64,000 nt of DNA from Chloroflexota bacterium (lineage in GTDB: Bacteria > Chloroflexota > Dehalococcoidia > Dehalococcoidales > RBG-16-60-22): positions 13,435 to 77,434 of the forward strand of contig JACPQC010000015.1 in the NCBI GenBank assembly GCA_016190695.1, given 5' to 3'. Below, in pieces: positions 27,599 to 37,307 of this stretch. Below the pieces are notes generated by a model. It was not told where the DNA came from. It ran no database searches and worked only from the letters and a program-made list of their open reading frames with translations. A program made the translations under genes and the position numbers. Position 1 is the first letter of the stretch. Each line of letters begins with the position of its first letter.

Positions 27599-29041
27599 AT
27601 GACAGATTATTCGAGGGGCAAACTCCCCCGGGGGTACCGGCGCAAAGCAGCTGACCGGTTTTACCGCGTCCAGAGGCAAAAACCGTGGCGGGTGCTCCTC
27701 CCTCCCGCCGTCAGGAAGACCGGCCCCCGGGCGTCACTGGCCACGCTGGCCTATGGGTTCGCCGGAATGATTGTCCTGGGCACGTTGCTGCTCACGCTTC
27801 CAATTTCCAGCAGGTCCGGCCAGCCGACGGCTCTTGTCGACGCCTTTTTCACGGCGACATCGGCCGTCTGCGTGACCGGCCTTGTTGTCGTCGATACCCT
27901 GGACCACTGGAACTTCTTCGGGCAGTTGGTCATCCTGGCGCTTATCCAGCTTGGCGGCTTCGGCTATATGACCATGACCACCCTGGTCCTGATGACGCTT
28001 GGGCGGAGGATCGGGCTGCGGGAGAGGTTGCTTGTCGGAGAGTCTATCGGCTTGTTCCGGCTTGGCGGGATAGTAAGCCTGGTCCGGAACATGGCCTTCT
28101 TCGCCCTGTCTGCCGAGGCCATTGGCGCTGTCCTGTTCTATCTCCGCTTTTCAACAGAGTATCCCGGAGGGGCTGCCATCTGGAAGTCTATCTTTCATTC
28201 TGTCTCCGCGTTCAATAATGCCGGCTTTGACATCTTCGGCGGGTTCATCAGCCTGACCGGATATAGCAATGATTACCTGGTGTTGCTGGTCACCGCCGCC
28301 CTGGTAATCACCGGCGGCATAAGTTTCCTGGTGGTACAAGATGTTTTCAGCAAGAGGCGGCCAAGCCGGTTTTCTACCGATACCAGGATGATACTCTCGG
28401 TCACATTGGCCCTGCTTGCCCTGGGCACGGTGATGGTGCTGACCACTGAATATAACAACGGGGCGACCATCGGCGCCATGCCCGATGTTGACAGAGTAAT
28501 AAACGCCTTCTTCCAGTCAGTCACAGCCAGGACCGCCGGATTCAACGCCATCGATACCGCTATGCTGGCTGACCAGACGCTCTTCTTTGTCATGTTGCTG
28601 ATGTTTATCGGCGGCGCTTCCGGGTCAACCGCCGGGGGTATCAAGGTGAACACCTTGGGGCTGATAGTGGCTACCGTGTGGAGCACAATGAGGGGCAGGG
28701 AGCATCCGGGGGCCTACGGCAGGGAGTTCATGATCGCCCAGATACTGCGGGCGCTCTCGGTGCTGGTGTTATCCCTGGGCATAATGGCCTTTGTGGTCTT
28801 CACGCTCACCATCACCGAGGATGCCCGCTTCCTCGATATCCTCTTTGAAGCGGTTTCCGCCTTCGGCACCGTGGGTCTGACGACGGGGGTAACCCCTGCC
28901 CTGTCCGTCATCGGGCGGCTGGTGATAATCGCCGCCATGTTCGTGGGACGGCTTGGGCCGCTTACCCTGACGCTGGCCCTGGTCAAGGTGCAGCAGCCGA
29001 GCATATACCGCCGTCCCAAAGAGATAATCAGAATAGGTTAG
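27599..29041 (+). CDS. Trk/Ktr K+ uptake membrane subunit (KtrB/TrkH family)
   Basis: Pore loops SAVCVTGL, SAFNNAGF, TARTAGF and SAFGTVGL. Confidence 0.95.
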   Translation: MTDYSRGKLPRGYRRKAADRFYRVQRQKPWRVLLPPAVRKTGPRASLATLAYGFAGMIVLGTLLLTLPISSRSGQPTALVDAFFTATSAVCVTGLVVVDTLDHWNFFGQLVILALIQLGGFGYMTMTTLVLMTLGRRIGLRERLLVGESIGLFRLGGIVSLVRNMAFFALSAEAIGAVLFYLRFSTEYPGGAAIWKSIFHSVSAFNNAGFDIFGGFISLTGYSNDYLVLLVTAALVITGGISFLVVQDVFSKRRPSRFSTDTRMILSVTLALLALGTVMVLTTEYNNGATIGAMPDVDRVINAFFQSVTARTAGFNAIDTAMLADQTLFFVMLLMFIGGASGSTAGGIKVNTLGLIVATVWSTMRGREHPGAYGREFMIAQILRALSVLVLSLGIMAFVVFTLTITEDARFLDILFEAVSAFGTVGLTTGVTPALSVIGRLVIIAAMFVGRLGPLTLTLALVKVQQPSIYRRPKEIIRIG

Positions 29042-29051
29042 GAGACTGGAG

Positions 29052-29729
29052 ATGAAAAAGCAAGTCGCTGTGATTGGACTGGGCCGCTTCGGCGCCAGCC
29101 TGGCTGCCACTTTGACCAACATGGGGCATGATGTGCTGGCGGTGGATTCCAGCGAACACGATGTCCAGGCAATCGCCACGCAGGTCACCCATGCCATCCA
29201 GGCGGATGCCACCGATGAAACAGTGCTGAGCGAGCTAGGCATCAAGAACTTCGACATAGCCGTAGTCGCAATCGGCTCGGATATGCTGAGCAGCATACTG
29301 GCGACGGTGCTGCTGAAAAGGCTGAACGTCCCCTTTGTCATAGCCAGGGCGAGCAATGAGTCCCACAAAGAAATCCTGCGGAAGATCGGGGCTGACAGGG
29401 TGGTGTCTCCCGAAAACGAAATGGGGGAGAGGATGGCCCACGAAATCCGCCTGGGCAAGGTGCTGGACTATATGCCGGTAGGAGCAGGGTACGGCATTAC
29501 CAGCATCGAGGCGCAGGCGGAGTTTGCCGGGCAGGCGCTGGTTGAACTCGGATTGGGGCCGAAGGGGAAGAATGCTATTGCGGTGTTGCTTGTCAAGCGC
29601 GGAAATGAAGTCATCGTCTCGCCGAGCATGGGCGAGGTTGTCAGGCCTGGCGATACCCTGATCGTTGCCGGCAGTGACGATAACCTGGAATCGTTTTTGT
29701 CCAGGGTATTGAAAAAATCGGAGAAGTAG
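29052..29729 (+). CDS. Trk/Ktr K+ uptake RCK subunit (KtrA/TrkA family)
   Basis: VIGLGRFG Rossmann motif, GADRVVSPE and a TrkA-C domain. Confidence 0.95.
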   Translation: MKKQVAVIGLGRFGASLAATLTNMGHDVLAVDSSEHDVQAIATQVTHAIQADATDETVLSELGIKNFDIAVVAIGSDMLSSILATVLLKRLNVPFVIARASNESHKEILRKIGADRVVSPENEMGERMAHEIRLGKVLDYMPVGAGYGITSIEAQAEFAGQALVELGLGPKGKNAIAVLLVKRGNEVIVSPSMGEVVRPGDTLIVAGSDDNLESFLSRVLKKSEK

Positions 29730-29934
29730 CGGAAGCCGGCCCGTTTTTCTTTGATAGTTCTGGCAAAGCAACCGTCAAAAAGTGAGCATTTGGCCGCTTT
29801 GGAGACGAAATTAAGGAAAGAGAGACAAAAGAGCAAGTTGTCTTGATTGGCTGGGCCGGAGCATGCCAGGCAAGGCCGGGAGCGGGTTGAACCGGCGACT
29901 GTTTGCCCTTAAACTGATGAACGGAGGTGCAGAG

Positions 29935-30513
29935 ATGAAAAGATTTCGCCTGATTATTGCGGTGACGCTGTCCCTGGCGCTGCTGTTCGGTCCTTCCAGC
30001 GCCAGCCTGGCCGCGGGCAAGCCGGTAGCCTTTGAATCAACCGGGGCGGTCCTGGGTATCAACCCGGGCACGGTCAGCCCGGCGGGAAACAGCGGCCGGT
30101 GGAACGTCGCTGACCGCTGGGTGCTGGGCTACATCGTCCCGGTCACGGGCAACATCGGCGGGATGGCGTCCATGACCTATGATGCCAACGTCAACTCCGC
30201 CCAGGTGGGCACCTTCCGGGGTACGCTGCTCATCTTCCAGGACATTGATGGAGACCTCCAGCCGGACGACGTCACCGGCGACGGCGTGCCAGATACCATC
30301 TCCGCCCTGGTCGAGGGCAGGACCGGGTCATCATCCCCCATCCAGTACTCCGTGGCTGGCAGCCTCACCATCATGGGCGGCACAGGCGCCTATGCCGGCA
30401 TCCAGGGGACGGGCCGTCTCTCCGGCGACTATGCGCTGGTGCTGGATGCAGGCGGGCACGTGGTCGGGGTAGAAGGGACCTTGACCATCAGCGGCAAAGC
30501 GCAGTACCGGTAG
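29935..30513 (+). CDS. Secreted beta-rich hypothetical protein
   Basis: Signal peptide MKRFRLIIAV..SLA; SD GGAGGT; DIDGD/DVTGDG loops; TIMGGTGAYAG motif. Confidence 0.75.
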   Translation: MKRFRLIIAVTLSLALLFGPSSASLAAGKPVAFESTGAVLGINPGTVSPAGNSGRWNVADRWVLGYIVPVTGNIGGMASMTYDANVNSAQVGTFRGTLLIFQDIDGDLQPDDVTGDGVPDTISALVEGRTGSSSPIQYSVAGSLTIMGGTGAYAGIQGTGRLSGDYALVLDAGGHVVGVEGTLTISGKAQYR

Positions 30514-30738
30514 ACATCCTTTCAGTCTTCCTCAAGCCCGGGACGTTTCCCATGGTGACTCGAGAAGAGCCATGAGGGGGCGTTCCGGCACGCCTTTTTC
30601 GATGCTCAACACTCCCCTGAACAACTACGTATATCACCCGCCCCGCAATAAGTGAAGATACTTATTCCAGCGAGAGGTTGGACGGACTATAGTGATAGTG
30701 TGTGCCGGGGACGAAGTATGTTTGGGGCGAGGTGAATT

Positions 30739-30906
30739 ATGCCATTCAGGTTAGGGCCGTGGGAGATCGCTATAGTTCTGGTGATCATCCTCATCGTTTT
30801 TGGGGTGGGTAAACTGCCCCAGATCGGTGGGGCGGTGGGGAAGTCGATCCGGCAGTTCCGCCAGGAGCAGCGCGGCGAGGACGAAGAGGTGGAGAAAGCC
30901 GGGTGA
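30739..30906 (+). CDS. tatA: Twin-arginine translocase TatA/E (not in ORF track)
   Basis: MPFRLGPWEIAIVLVIILIVFGVGKLPQIGGAVGKSIRQFR..; SD GAGGTG. Confidence 0.93.
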   Translation: MPFRLGPWEIAIVLVIILIVFGVGKLPQIGGAVGKSIRQFRQEQRGEDEEVEKAG

Positions 30907-30978
30907 TCTTACCTCCGGTGTGAGATTATCGACGGAATGCCGGGAAGACCCTGATCTTGAGCAGGTTGAGGTGTCAGC

Positions 30979-31548
30979 ATGCGCAGCAAGACAATGAGGG
31001 CAATTCTGGGGACAGGTCTCACCCTCGCGCTACTGGCGGCGCTCTCAGCCTGCCAGCCGGCGGCAACTCCCGGCCCGGAACCGCAGCCGCCACCCCCGGC
31101 CACTCCCGCGCCCGGTGAAACAGGGTCTGGAGCCGGGTCTGAAGGCGGCGGCACAGCCGAGCCCCCGGCAGACGCCAGCCCGGCAAGTCCCGGGGGAGGC
31201 TCGGGAAACGAGGCGGGAAGCAGCCAGCCCGCCCCGGCGGCATCAGGCATCAGGCTGGTCGAGACCGGAAGGACAGTCTTTACCAACCGCTGTGCCCGGT
31301 GTCACGGGGCGCGGGGGCAGGGACTTATCGGCCCGCAGCTCATCGGCGCCAACTCTGCGCTGGCCAGATATGATACCGCCCAGGAGCTTTTCGGCTTTCT
31401 GAGCACCGCCATGCCCATGGACGCCCCAGGGTCGCTCAGCCATGACGAATATCTGCAGGTGCTCGGTTTCCTCCTCACCGAGAACAACTACACAGCTGCG
31501 GCGGAATACCAGACCGACGGTTTGCACACCATACCTCTGAAGAGATAG
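30979..31548 (+). CDS. Monoheme c-type cytochrome lipoprotein
   Basis: Lipobox LSAC, Pro/Gly linker, CARCH heme motif and a distal Met in AMPM. Confidence 0.88.
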   Translation: MRSKTMRAILGTGLTLALLAALSACQPAATPGPEPQPPPPATPAPGETGSGAGSEGGGTAEPPADASPASPGGGSGNEAGSSQPAPAASGIRLVETGRTVFTNRCARCHGARGQGLIGPQLIGANSALARYDTAQELFGFLSTAMPMDAPGSLSHDEYLQVLGFLLTENNYTAAAEYQTDGLHTIPLKR

Positions 31549-31829
31549 TGCCAGGGGCGCAAGGGGCGAGTCCGTACAGAGGCGCCTGTTAGGACGCTGC
31601 GAAGTCTCATTGAAGCAAGGCTGTCCGAAATCAATGCCATAATCATATCATCCCGGCAGAGTATCCCCTACGTTTAGGCTCCTGCCGCCGCACCTCTCGG
31701 CGTCCTTGTGGTAAGCCAGTTCCCCCCTTCTTAATTTGGTCAGTTAGCGCCGGCAGTATTTACGTAATCCAGATGCAGTGGTAAAATTGAACAATATCTG
31801 GAGTGGCCAAATAGGAAAGAGGGAAATTT

Positions 31830-32705
31830 ATGTTCAATCATCCTTTGGCAGAAATTTTTGGATTTCCCGCCAGAAATATCTCCGCCGAAGCGATGAGATG
31901 TCGTAAACTGCGACTCTGTCCATTCAATAACAAAGTCCCAAACTGCACAAAAGACAAAGCTGAGAATCCTCTTGGCGTATGCAGTATATTTAGTGAGAGG
32001 GGTACGGCAATCACATGCCCCGTACGTTTTCGACAAAATTGGCTAATAGCAGAGGATGCCGCCAATTTCTTCTTTGCGGCGGGGACTCATTGGACATCAC
32101 TTACCGAAGTGAGACTGAATGATAAGGAAGGGATCTCAGCCGGAAATATTGATGTGGTACTGGTTGCTTACGATTCCGAAGGCAAAGTGACTGACTTTGG
32201 CGCATTGGAAATTCAGGCAGTATATATATCTGGTAATGTGAGAAAGCCCTTCGAGCACTATATGGATGACCCTGAAAAAAATACGGAAATGGAATGGCGC
32301 GGAAAGCCCAATTACCCGCGCCCTGATTACTTGTCGTCGAGCAGGAAACGATTAGCACCTCAGTTGATGTATAAAGGCAGCATTTTGCATTCATGGAAGA
32401 AGAAGATTGCGGTTGCATTGGATAAGGAGTTTTTTGCAACGCTTCCTGATTTAGAGGAAACAGATAGCAAGCAGGCAGACATCGTGTGGATGGTCTACGA
32501 TCTTAAACTTAACAAAACAGCGAAGAAATACTCGCTGAGAAAAGATAGAAAAGTCTATACCAAGTTTGATGCATCATTAAATCGAATTGCGTGGCCCAAT
32601 ATTGGTTCCGTTAGCAATTTCATTGATAAACTTCAAGAGAGACTAAACGAGAAACTGGAGAATGGCCATAAGTTGCAAACCAGAACAATAGAGATGAGAG
32701 AATAG
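31830..32705 (+). CDS. NotI-family restriction endonuclease
   Basis: Four-Cys pattern CPF..CTK..GVCS..CPVRF; IDVVLV..ALEIQAVYISG; RPDYLSS..KRLAPQL; AT-rich. Confidence 0.82.
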   Translation: MFNHPLAEIFGFPARNISAEAMRCRKLRLCPFNNKVPNCTKDKAENPLGVCSIFSERGTAITCPVRFRQNWLIAEDAANFFFAAGTHWTSLTEVRLNDKEGISAGNIDVVLVAYDSEGKVTDFGALEIQAVYISGNVRKPFEHYMDDPEKNTEMEWRGKPNYPRPDYLSSSRKRLAPQLMYKGSILHSWKKKIAVALDKEFFATLPDLEETDSKQADIVWMVYDLKLNKTAKKYSLRKDRKVYTKFDASLNRIAWPNIGSVSNFIDKLQERLNEKLENGHKLQTRTIEMRE

Positions 32706-33584
32706 ATGCATCAACTCAGGCTGATAGAAAGCTATGATTCGGCGGTAGTGGTAAACGTGGCTTCTGTACCCCAGAGAAGCCCATTTCGCTATCCTGGCGG
32801 CAAAACATGGTTGATACCTCAAGTCAGGCGTTGGCTTACAAGTCAAAAACCAAAGCCCAACTTGTTGATTGAGCCATTTGCTGGAGGGGGAATTGTGGGC
32901 TTGACAGCTGCTTTCGAAGAACTAACGGATCGAGTATTACTCGTAGAACTGGACGAGCAGGTTGCCAGTGTTTGGGGTACTATCCTGGGTGACGAAGCTG
33001 AATGGCTTGCTAATAGGATTTTGACCTTCAAAATGTCACATGATGCTTTGGAGCATGAGCTTGGTAGGAGCAGCGGGGAGGTGCGAGAGATAGCATTTAG
33101 AACTCTGCTGCGCAACAGGACTAATCATGGTGGAATAATGGCGCCCGGGGCTGGGCTTATCAAAAACGGAGAGAGTGGCAAGGGAATAAGTTCCCGTTGG
33201 TATCCTGGAACGCTGGCTAAACGAATACGCGATATCAAGAGAATTAGCGCAAGGATTGAATTTATTAAGGGCAATGGTCTGGACGTGATTCGCGAACATA
33301 TGTGGGACCCTGGCACAACATTTTTCATTGATCCACCATACACTGCTGCTGGCAAGAAGGCGGGGAAGCGTTTGTATGCCTACAATGAAATTGATCACGA
33401 GAGGCTATTTAGTCTGGCGGAGTCGATTCAGGGCAAATTTTTGATGACCTATGACAATGCGGACGGAGTTCGTGATCTGGCCTTAAGACATGGTTTTCAG
33501 GTGGAGACAATAGCAATGAGTAATACGCATCATGCCAAGATGGAGGAATTACTAATAAGCAAAGACTTGGCATGGGTACGGTAA
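32706..33584 (+). CDS. DNA amino-methyltransferase (D12/Dam-like class), partner of the NotI-like enzyme
   Basis: SPFRYPGGK, IEPFAGGG and FIDPPY motifs; TAGATG junction with the REase gene. Confidence 0.92.
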   Translation: MHQLRLIESYDSAVVVNVASVPQRSPFRYPGGKTWLIPQVRRWLTSQKPKPNLLIEPFAGGGIVGLTAAFEELTDRVLLVELDEQVASVWGTILGDEAEWLANRILTFKMSHDALEHELGRSSGEVREIAFRTLLRNRTNHGGIMAPGAGLIKNGESGKGISSRWYPGTLAKRIRDIKRISARIEFIKGNGLDVIREHMWDPGTTFFIDPPYTAAGKKAGKRLYAYNEIDHERLFSLAESIQGKFLMTYDNADGVRDLALRHGFQVETIAMSNTHHAKMEELLISKDLAWVR

Positions 33585-33665
33585 GCACAGCTAACCACTG
33601 AAACAAAGAGCTAAGCTGTTTGTATCCCAGGCTTCCTCTATCCGCCTTCCGGTTGATAACGCGCC

Positions 33666-35057
33666 CTAAGGCAACGCCAGCGGTACTCCCATGCCGGCAA
33701 GCTCCTTCTTGACCTTCAGGTAGATGCCCGCCCATTCTTCGCTTGGCCGCAGCGTGGCCAGGTCATAGCACTCATCAAAGCCTTTGCCGGTGTGGGGTTT
33801 ATACAGGTCGGCCTCGTATTTGGGTATGAGCGCATTCAGCAGGTCGTTGGCCTGGCGGCGGGTCAGGCCGGCGGCGCCTTTCAATACCTCGGCGCAAAAC
33901 TTGCACTCCAGCGGGCTGATGTGGTTGGCGTACTTCGTGCCCGAGGTCCTCGGCCCCAGGTAGCAGCTTGTGCCTGACGCCGAAAGATTTATCATGGACA
34001 CGGCGCACTCGTAGAGCAGCATCTCGGTGCAGGGACCGCCCAGTTGACCGGCCACTTCTATCCCCAGGAAGTGGGTGTTCCGGGTGAGGGCCTGGGTGGC
34101 CACGCTCTGCGCCCACTGCGCCTCCCGCCCGCCGTTGCCCAGGTAACGGGCGTCACAGATAAAGGCGTTCCAGAAATCGGTCTGGTGCAGGGCGAACTGG
34201 AGGTGAACGTCGGCGATATAGGATATGGCCGCCCCTTCCGGCCCGCCGACGAAGCCGCCGATGGTGCAGGGGAAGCCGCAGGCGGTCCTGGCGCCGCAGT
34301 TGCTGGCGTGAATGACTTTGTGGAGGACGTGAAAGCTGGTGGTGAGCTCCCCCGGAGACAGGATGACGGCGTAGTGGAGCTCGGGGTCGAAGCTGCCGGA
34401 GAGTCCGAAGCTGCCCAGTTGACCGAAGACGGTGGGGCTGGAGACGACGCCCTGCACCGGCATGCCGGGGCGTCCCGCCCGCCACAGCGCCTCCGAGGTA
34501 AGCCGCGCCTGGAAGCGGCCCACCGCCGTCTCGTAAGGGCTGCCCGCCAGCACCTGCCGCCCGAACATGGTGATGGGGGTGGCGTTGCGCAGGATGTCTA
34601 TCTCGCGGTGCTGGGCCACGCCCTGGTGCAAGGCTACGTACAGGTCCTCCCGGACCATCTGGCCCATCGGCGAGGCGCTCAACGGGCGGAGCGGGTCTTC
34701 CGGCCTGCGGTGTCTCATCACCACCCGGTCCCGTCCCTTGCCCAACTGGGCCTCGGCGGGGGCGTCCTTGACGGCGTCGGCCAGGTCTTCTTCGGTTATC
34801 TTTATGACCCTCTCCGTGTCCTGGCAAAGCTCGCCCATCTCCAGGGCCAGCTCCAGACCGGCCTGGTAAAAGCGGTCGGCCAGCTCATCGTCCCAGTTGA
34901 CCGGATTGTCCCGGCCGCAGGTCTTCTCCAGGCCGTACTTCTTCGCCTTCTGGGCGATCACCCTGGAAAGCTCGAAGCCCCATTCCTTGACCGTGGCCGG
35001 GCGGCCGGTGTGCGCCCGGTCCAGGATATCAAGCACATGTTCTATGGATGCGGTCAC
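33666..35057 (-). CDS. Monomethylamine:corrinoid methyltransferase (MtmB) homologue without pyrrolysine
   Basis: GRPGMPVQG, GGFVGGPEG, GPCTEMLLYE and GKGFDECYD motifs match MtmB; no internal TAG. Confidence 0.88.
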   Translation of the reverse strand: MTASIEHVLDILDRAHTGRPATVKEWGFELSRVIAQKAKKYGLEKTCGRDNPVNWDDELADRFYQAGLELALEMGELCQDTERVIKITEEDLADAVKDAPAEAQLGKGRDRVVMRHRRPEDPLRPLSASPMGQMVREDLYVALHQGVAQHREIDILRNATPITMFGRQVLAGSPYETAVGRFQARLTSEALWRAGRPGMPVQGVVSSPTVFGQLGSFGLSGSFDPELHYAVILSPGELTTSFHVLHKVIHASNCGARTACGFPCTIGGFVGGPEGAAISYIADVHLQFALHQTDFWNAFICDARYLGNGGREAQWAQSVATQALTRNTHFLGIEVAGQLGGPCTEMLLYECAVSMINLSASGTSCYLGPRTSGTKYANHISPLECKFCAEVLKGAAGLTRRQANDLLNALIPKYEADLYKPHTGKGFDECYDLATLRPSEEWAGIYLKVKKELAGMGVPLALP

Positions 35058-35077
35058 CTGTCATACCTCCCTTGTGC

Positions 35078-35782
35078 TTACTGCTCGACGACCAGGGGCT
35101 GGGGCAGCGGAGGGGCTGTCCCGCCGCCCACCAGTTTCTTCATAAGCCGACCGGCGCCGATGGCCGTCCTGGCATAGCCGTCAGCCCCTATGTCCGCCGC
35201 CCACTCCGGTGATACCGGGGCGCCGCCCACGACCACGTAGTACTTCTCCCTCAGTCCCCGGTCTTTGAGGTAGTCTATGACCTGCTTCTGGTAGTTGGCC
35301 GAATAGGTGAGCAGAGCGGACATGGCGATCACCCTGGCCTTGACCTCTTCCGCCTTTTCGATGAAACGCTTGACCGGCACATCGGTGCCGATATCGCAGA
35401 CGTCGAAGCCGGTCACGGAGAGCATGCTGGCCACCAGGTTCTTGCCGATGTCGTGGATATCTCCGGAGACGGTGCCGATGACCACCGTTCCTGATGAAAT
35501 TGACTGCATCTGCTCCGGCTTGACGTGAGGCAGGAACACACCCAGGCAGGCCTTCATGGCGTCCCCGCCCCGGATGAGGTCGGGCAGGAAGGCCTCCAGC
35601 CGCTGGTACCGTTCCCCGATGATGTCCAGGCCTTTCACCGCTCCCTGGGTGATAGCCTCCAGAGGGTCAATGCCGGCGGCGAGCACCGCCCGGGCTGTCT
35701 CCTTTACCGTCTCTTCATCGCCATCGGCAATGGCCGTGGCCAAACGCCCGATCAGCTCTGCTTTGCTCACTTCTGTCTCCAA
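35078..35782 (-). CDS. Corrinoid (B12-binding) protein, MtmC-like
   Basis: Cap domain plus GDIHDIGKNLV (DxHxxG), MSALL, VGGAP and GADGY motifs. Confidence 0.93.
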   Translation of the reverse strand: METEVSKAELIGRLATAIADGDEETVKETARAVLAAGIDPLEAITQGAVKGLDIIGERYQRLEAFLPDLIRGGDAMKACLGVFLPHVKPEQMQSISSGTVVIGTVSGDIHDIGKNLVASMLSVTGFDVCDIGTDVPVKRFIEKAEEVKARVIAMSALLTYSANYQKQVIDYLKDRGLREKYYVVVGGAPVSPEWAADIGADGYARTAIGAGRLMKKLVGGGTAPPLPQPLVVEQ

Positions 35783-35865
35783 TCCTCAATTGATTTTATG
35801 ACCGGCGGCAGCCCCCGCCTGACCGGTGACATCCTGAAGACGGCCGCAGCAGGCCGGACTGAGAC

Positions 35866-35895
35866 AATATATCGCCAATCAGGTTTGAATGTCAA
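35866..35895 (-). promoter_or_regulatory. Candidate promoter of the corrinoid/MtmB operon
   Basis: Minus-strand TTGACA-N18-TATATT. Confidence 0.55.
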
Positions 35896-35911
35896 TGTTT
35901 CCATGCCATGG

Positions 35912-36063
35912 GGAGATTGAAGGGAAACCCAACGAAAGACCAAAATCCCTCTCCTGTCTCCCTTTGCCAAAGGGGGGGACGCATTATCCGACTCTTTCAC
36001 AATGAGAACGGACGACCTCCCCCTTTCGTAAAGGGGGATTGAGGGGGATTTCAGTAATCTCCC
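35912..36063. repeat. AAATCCC/CCCTTT-AAAGGG palindromic cassette related to the family A internal hairpins
   Basis: AAATCCCTCTCCTGTCTCCCTTTGCCAAAGGGGG ... CTCCCCCTTTCGTAAAGGGGGATTGAGGGGGATTT; outer GGGAGATT / AATCTCCC inverted repeat. Confidence 0.75.
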
Positions 36064-36136
36064 GCCGCTTAAAGTAAGGCGTGGTAGCCGGTTTTCCGGC
36101 ACCTCCGTGTTTCACCGGCTACCACGAGTCCACCGG

Positions 36137-36475
36137 CTACTTCCCGGTTGGTGTATAGGTGACGGTCAGGATTTTGGTTACCGTCTCTTTACCTGACTGT
36201 GCCTCCACATTAATGATGTTTTGGCCCTCGGCCAGCGTGACGCTGGTGCTGAACTGCAGCTTTTTGACGGGTACCACGGTGCCGTTGACCGTGACCGTGG
36301 CCGACTTGTTCACGGTGCCATTCACCACCACTGACTGTTCAGTGACCGTAGCCCCATCCCTGGGTGCGACCACTCCCAGCAGCAGCACCTGGGCGCTTTC
36401 ATAGCAAGCCGTCAGTGACGAAACCAGTACAAAGACTGCCAGTAAAATGCTGAATGCCTTTAACAGTTTATGCAC
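36137..36475 (-). CDS. Lipoprotein with a single Ig-like domain
   Basis: Lipobox LTAC; VVVNGTV..ATVTVNG..LAEGQNIINVEA; SD AAGGAG. Confidence 0.8.
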   Translation of the reverse strand: MHKLLKAFSILLAVFVLVSSLTACYESAQVLLLGVVAPRDGATVTEQSVVVNGTVNKSATVTVNGTVVPVKKLQFSTSVTLAEGQNIINVEAQSGKETVTKILTVTYTPTGK

Positions 36476-36663
36476 GTAAATATCTCCTTTTTACTACTGA
36501 TTCAGGCTAACCCATCTCGATGGCGGTCATCTCATCACCCTTGAAAAAGGCGTCAGCATGAAAGCCGGCGTCTGAAAATGGTTGGGAAGAAGCACAGCAG
36601 TCCTTGCCGACAGTCATAACGGGGACGTGGCCGCACATTGTGGATGGCTGGCGGGGTTAATGC

Positions 36664-37122
36664 CTAGACCAGGAGGAACAGGCCGGGTGGCGAGTTCGAC
36701 TGGAGACTGGGGGAAAAAGCTGAGTGGAAAGTGAAGGAGGCCCGCTGGGGAATACGAGACAACCTGAGAGCCTCAGACATGGCTTTATGAAAGGGTGCGA
36801 TGATGGCGCGGGTTAGAGGGGACTTCTGCCTCTTGTTACCCGGAGCCCATGAAGAATATGGCTGGATGGCATAGTCCTGGACCAGGTCTGCCACCGGAGC
36901 GCCGCGGGCGCTTCCCAGTCGTGATGATACATAGGCTGGCGCCTGGTCGAGGTCGGCCGTGTACAATCCAACCCTGTCCAGGTCTTTGGGAGCGAGATGA
37001 CTGGCGGGGCTTTCGGGGGCTAAAGCTGCAACCTGAACGAGACTGCTTTGCTGCGGGCTGACTCCGAGCAGTGAAATAAGAACAGCCACACTAACCAGAG
37101 CTGAAACTGTCCTGGACGCCAT
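36664..37122 (-). CDS. Hypothetical protein, possible signal peptide
   Basis: 152-aa ORF with a hydrophobic N-terminus; no recognisable motif. Confidence 0.35.
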   Translation of the reverse strand: MASRTVSALVSVAVLISLLGVSPQQSSLVQVAALAPESPASHLAPKDLDRVGLYTADLDQAPAYVSSRLGSARGAPVADLVQDYAIQPYSSWAPGNKRQKSPLTRAIIAPFHKAMSEALRLSRIPQRASFTFHSAFSPSLQSNSPPGLFLLV

Positions 37123-37307
37123 CCGACTGTTCTCCAGCTACCGGGTCCGGTCAGGTACCCGACAGCTATAATTGTAGCAAGCCGGCACGGGGAAAGCAAT
37201 GAAAAATCGGGCTGACCGCGGGCGGCCTTACCCCGCACCATCTCACTGGCATTGACAATATAAAATTTCCCCATTATTATTAAGCGGTAAGTGGCTGCCG
37301 GGACATT

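Noticed and set aside
33666..35057. Pyrrolysine recoding in the MtmB homologue
   Set aside because: There is no in-frame TAG; the equivalent codon is CAG, and no pyl genes are in the window.
35783..35865. Cobalamin riboswitch before the corrinoid operon
   Set aside because: The leader is only about 80 nt and lacks recognisable B12-box motifs.
36500..36640. 43-codon minus-strand ORF (MCGHVPV...)
   Set aside because: No SD and no recognisable protein features.
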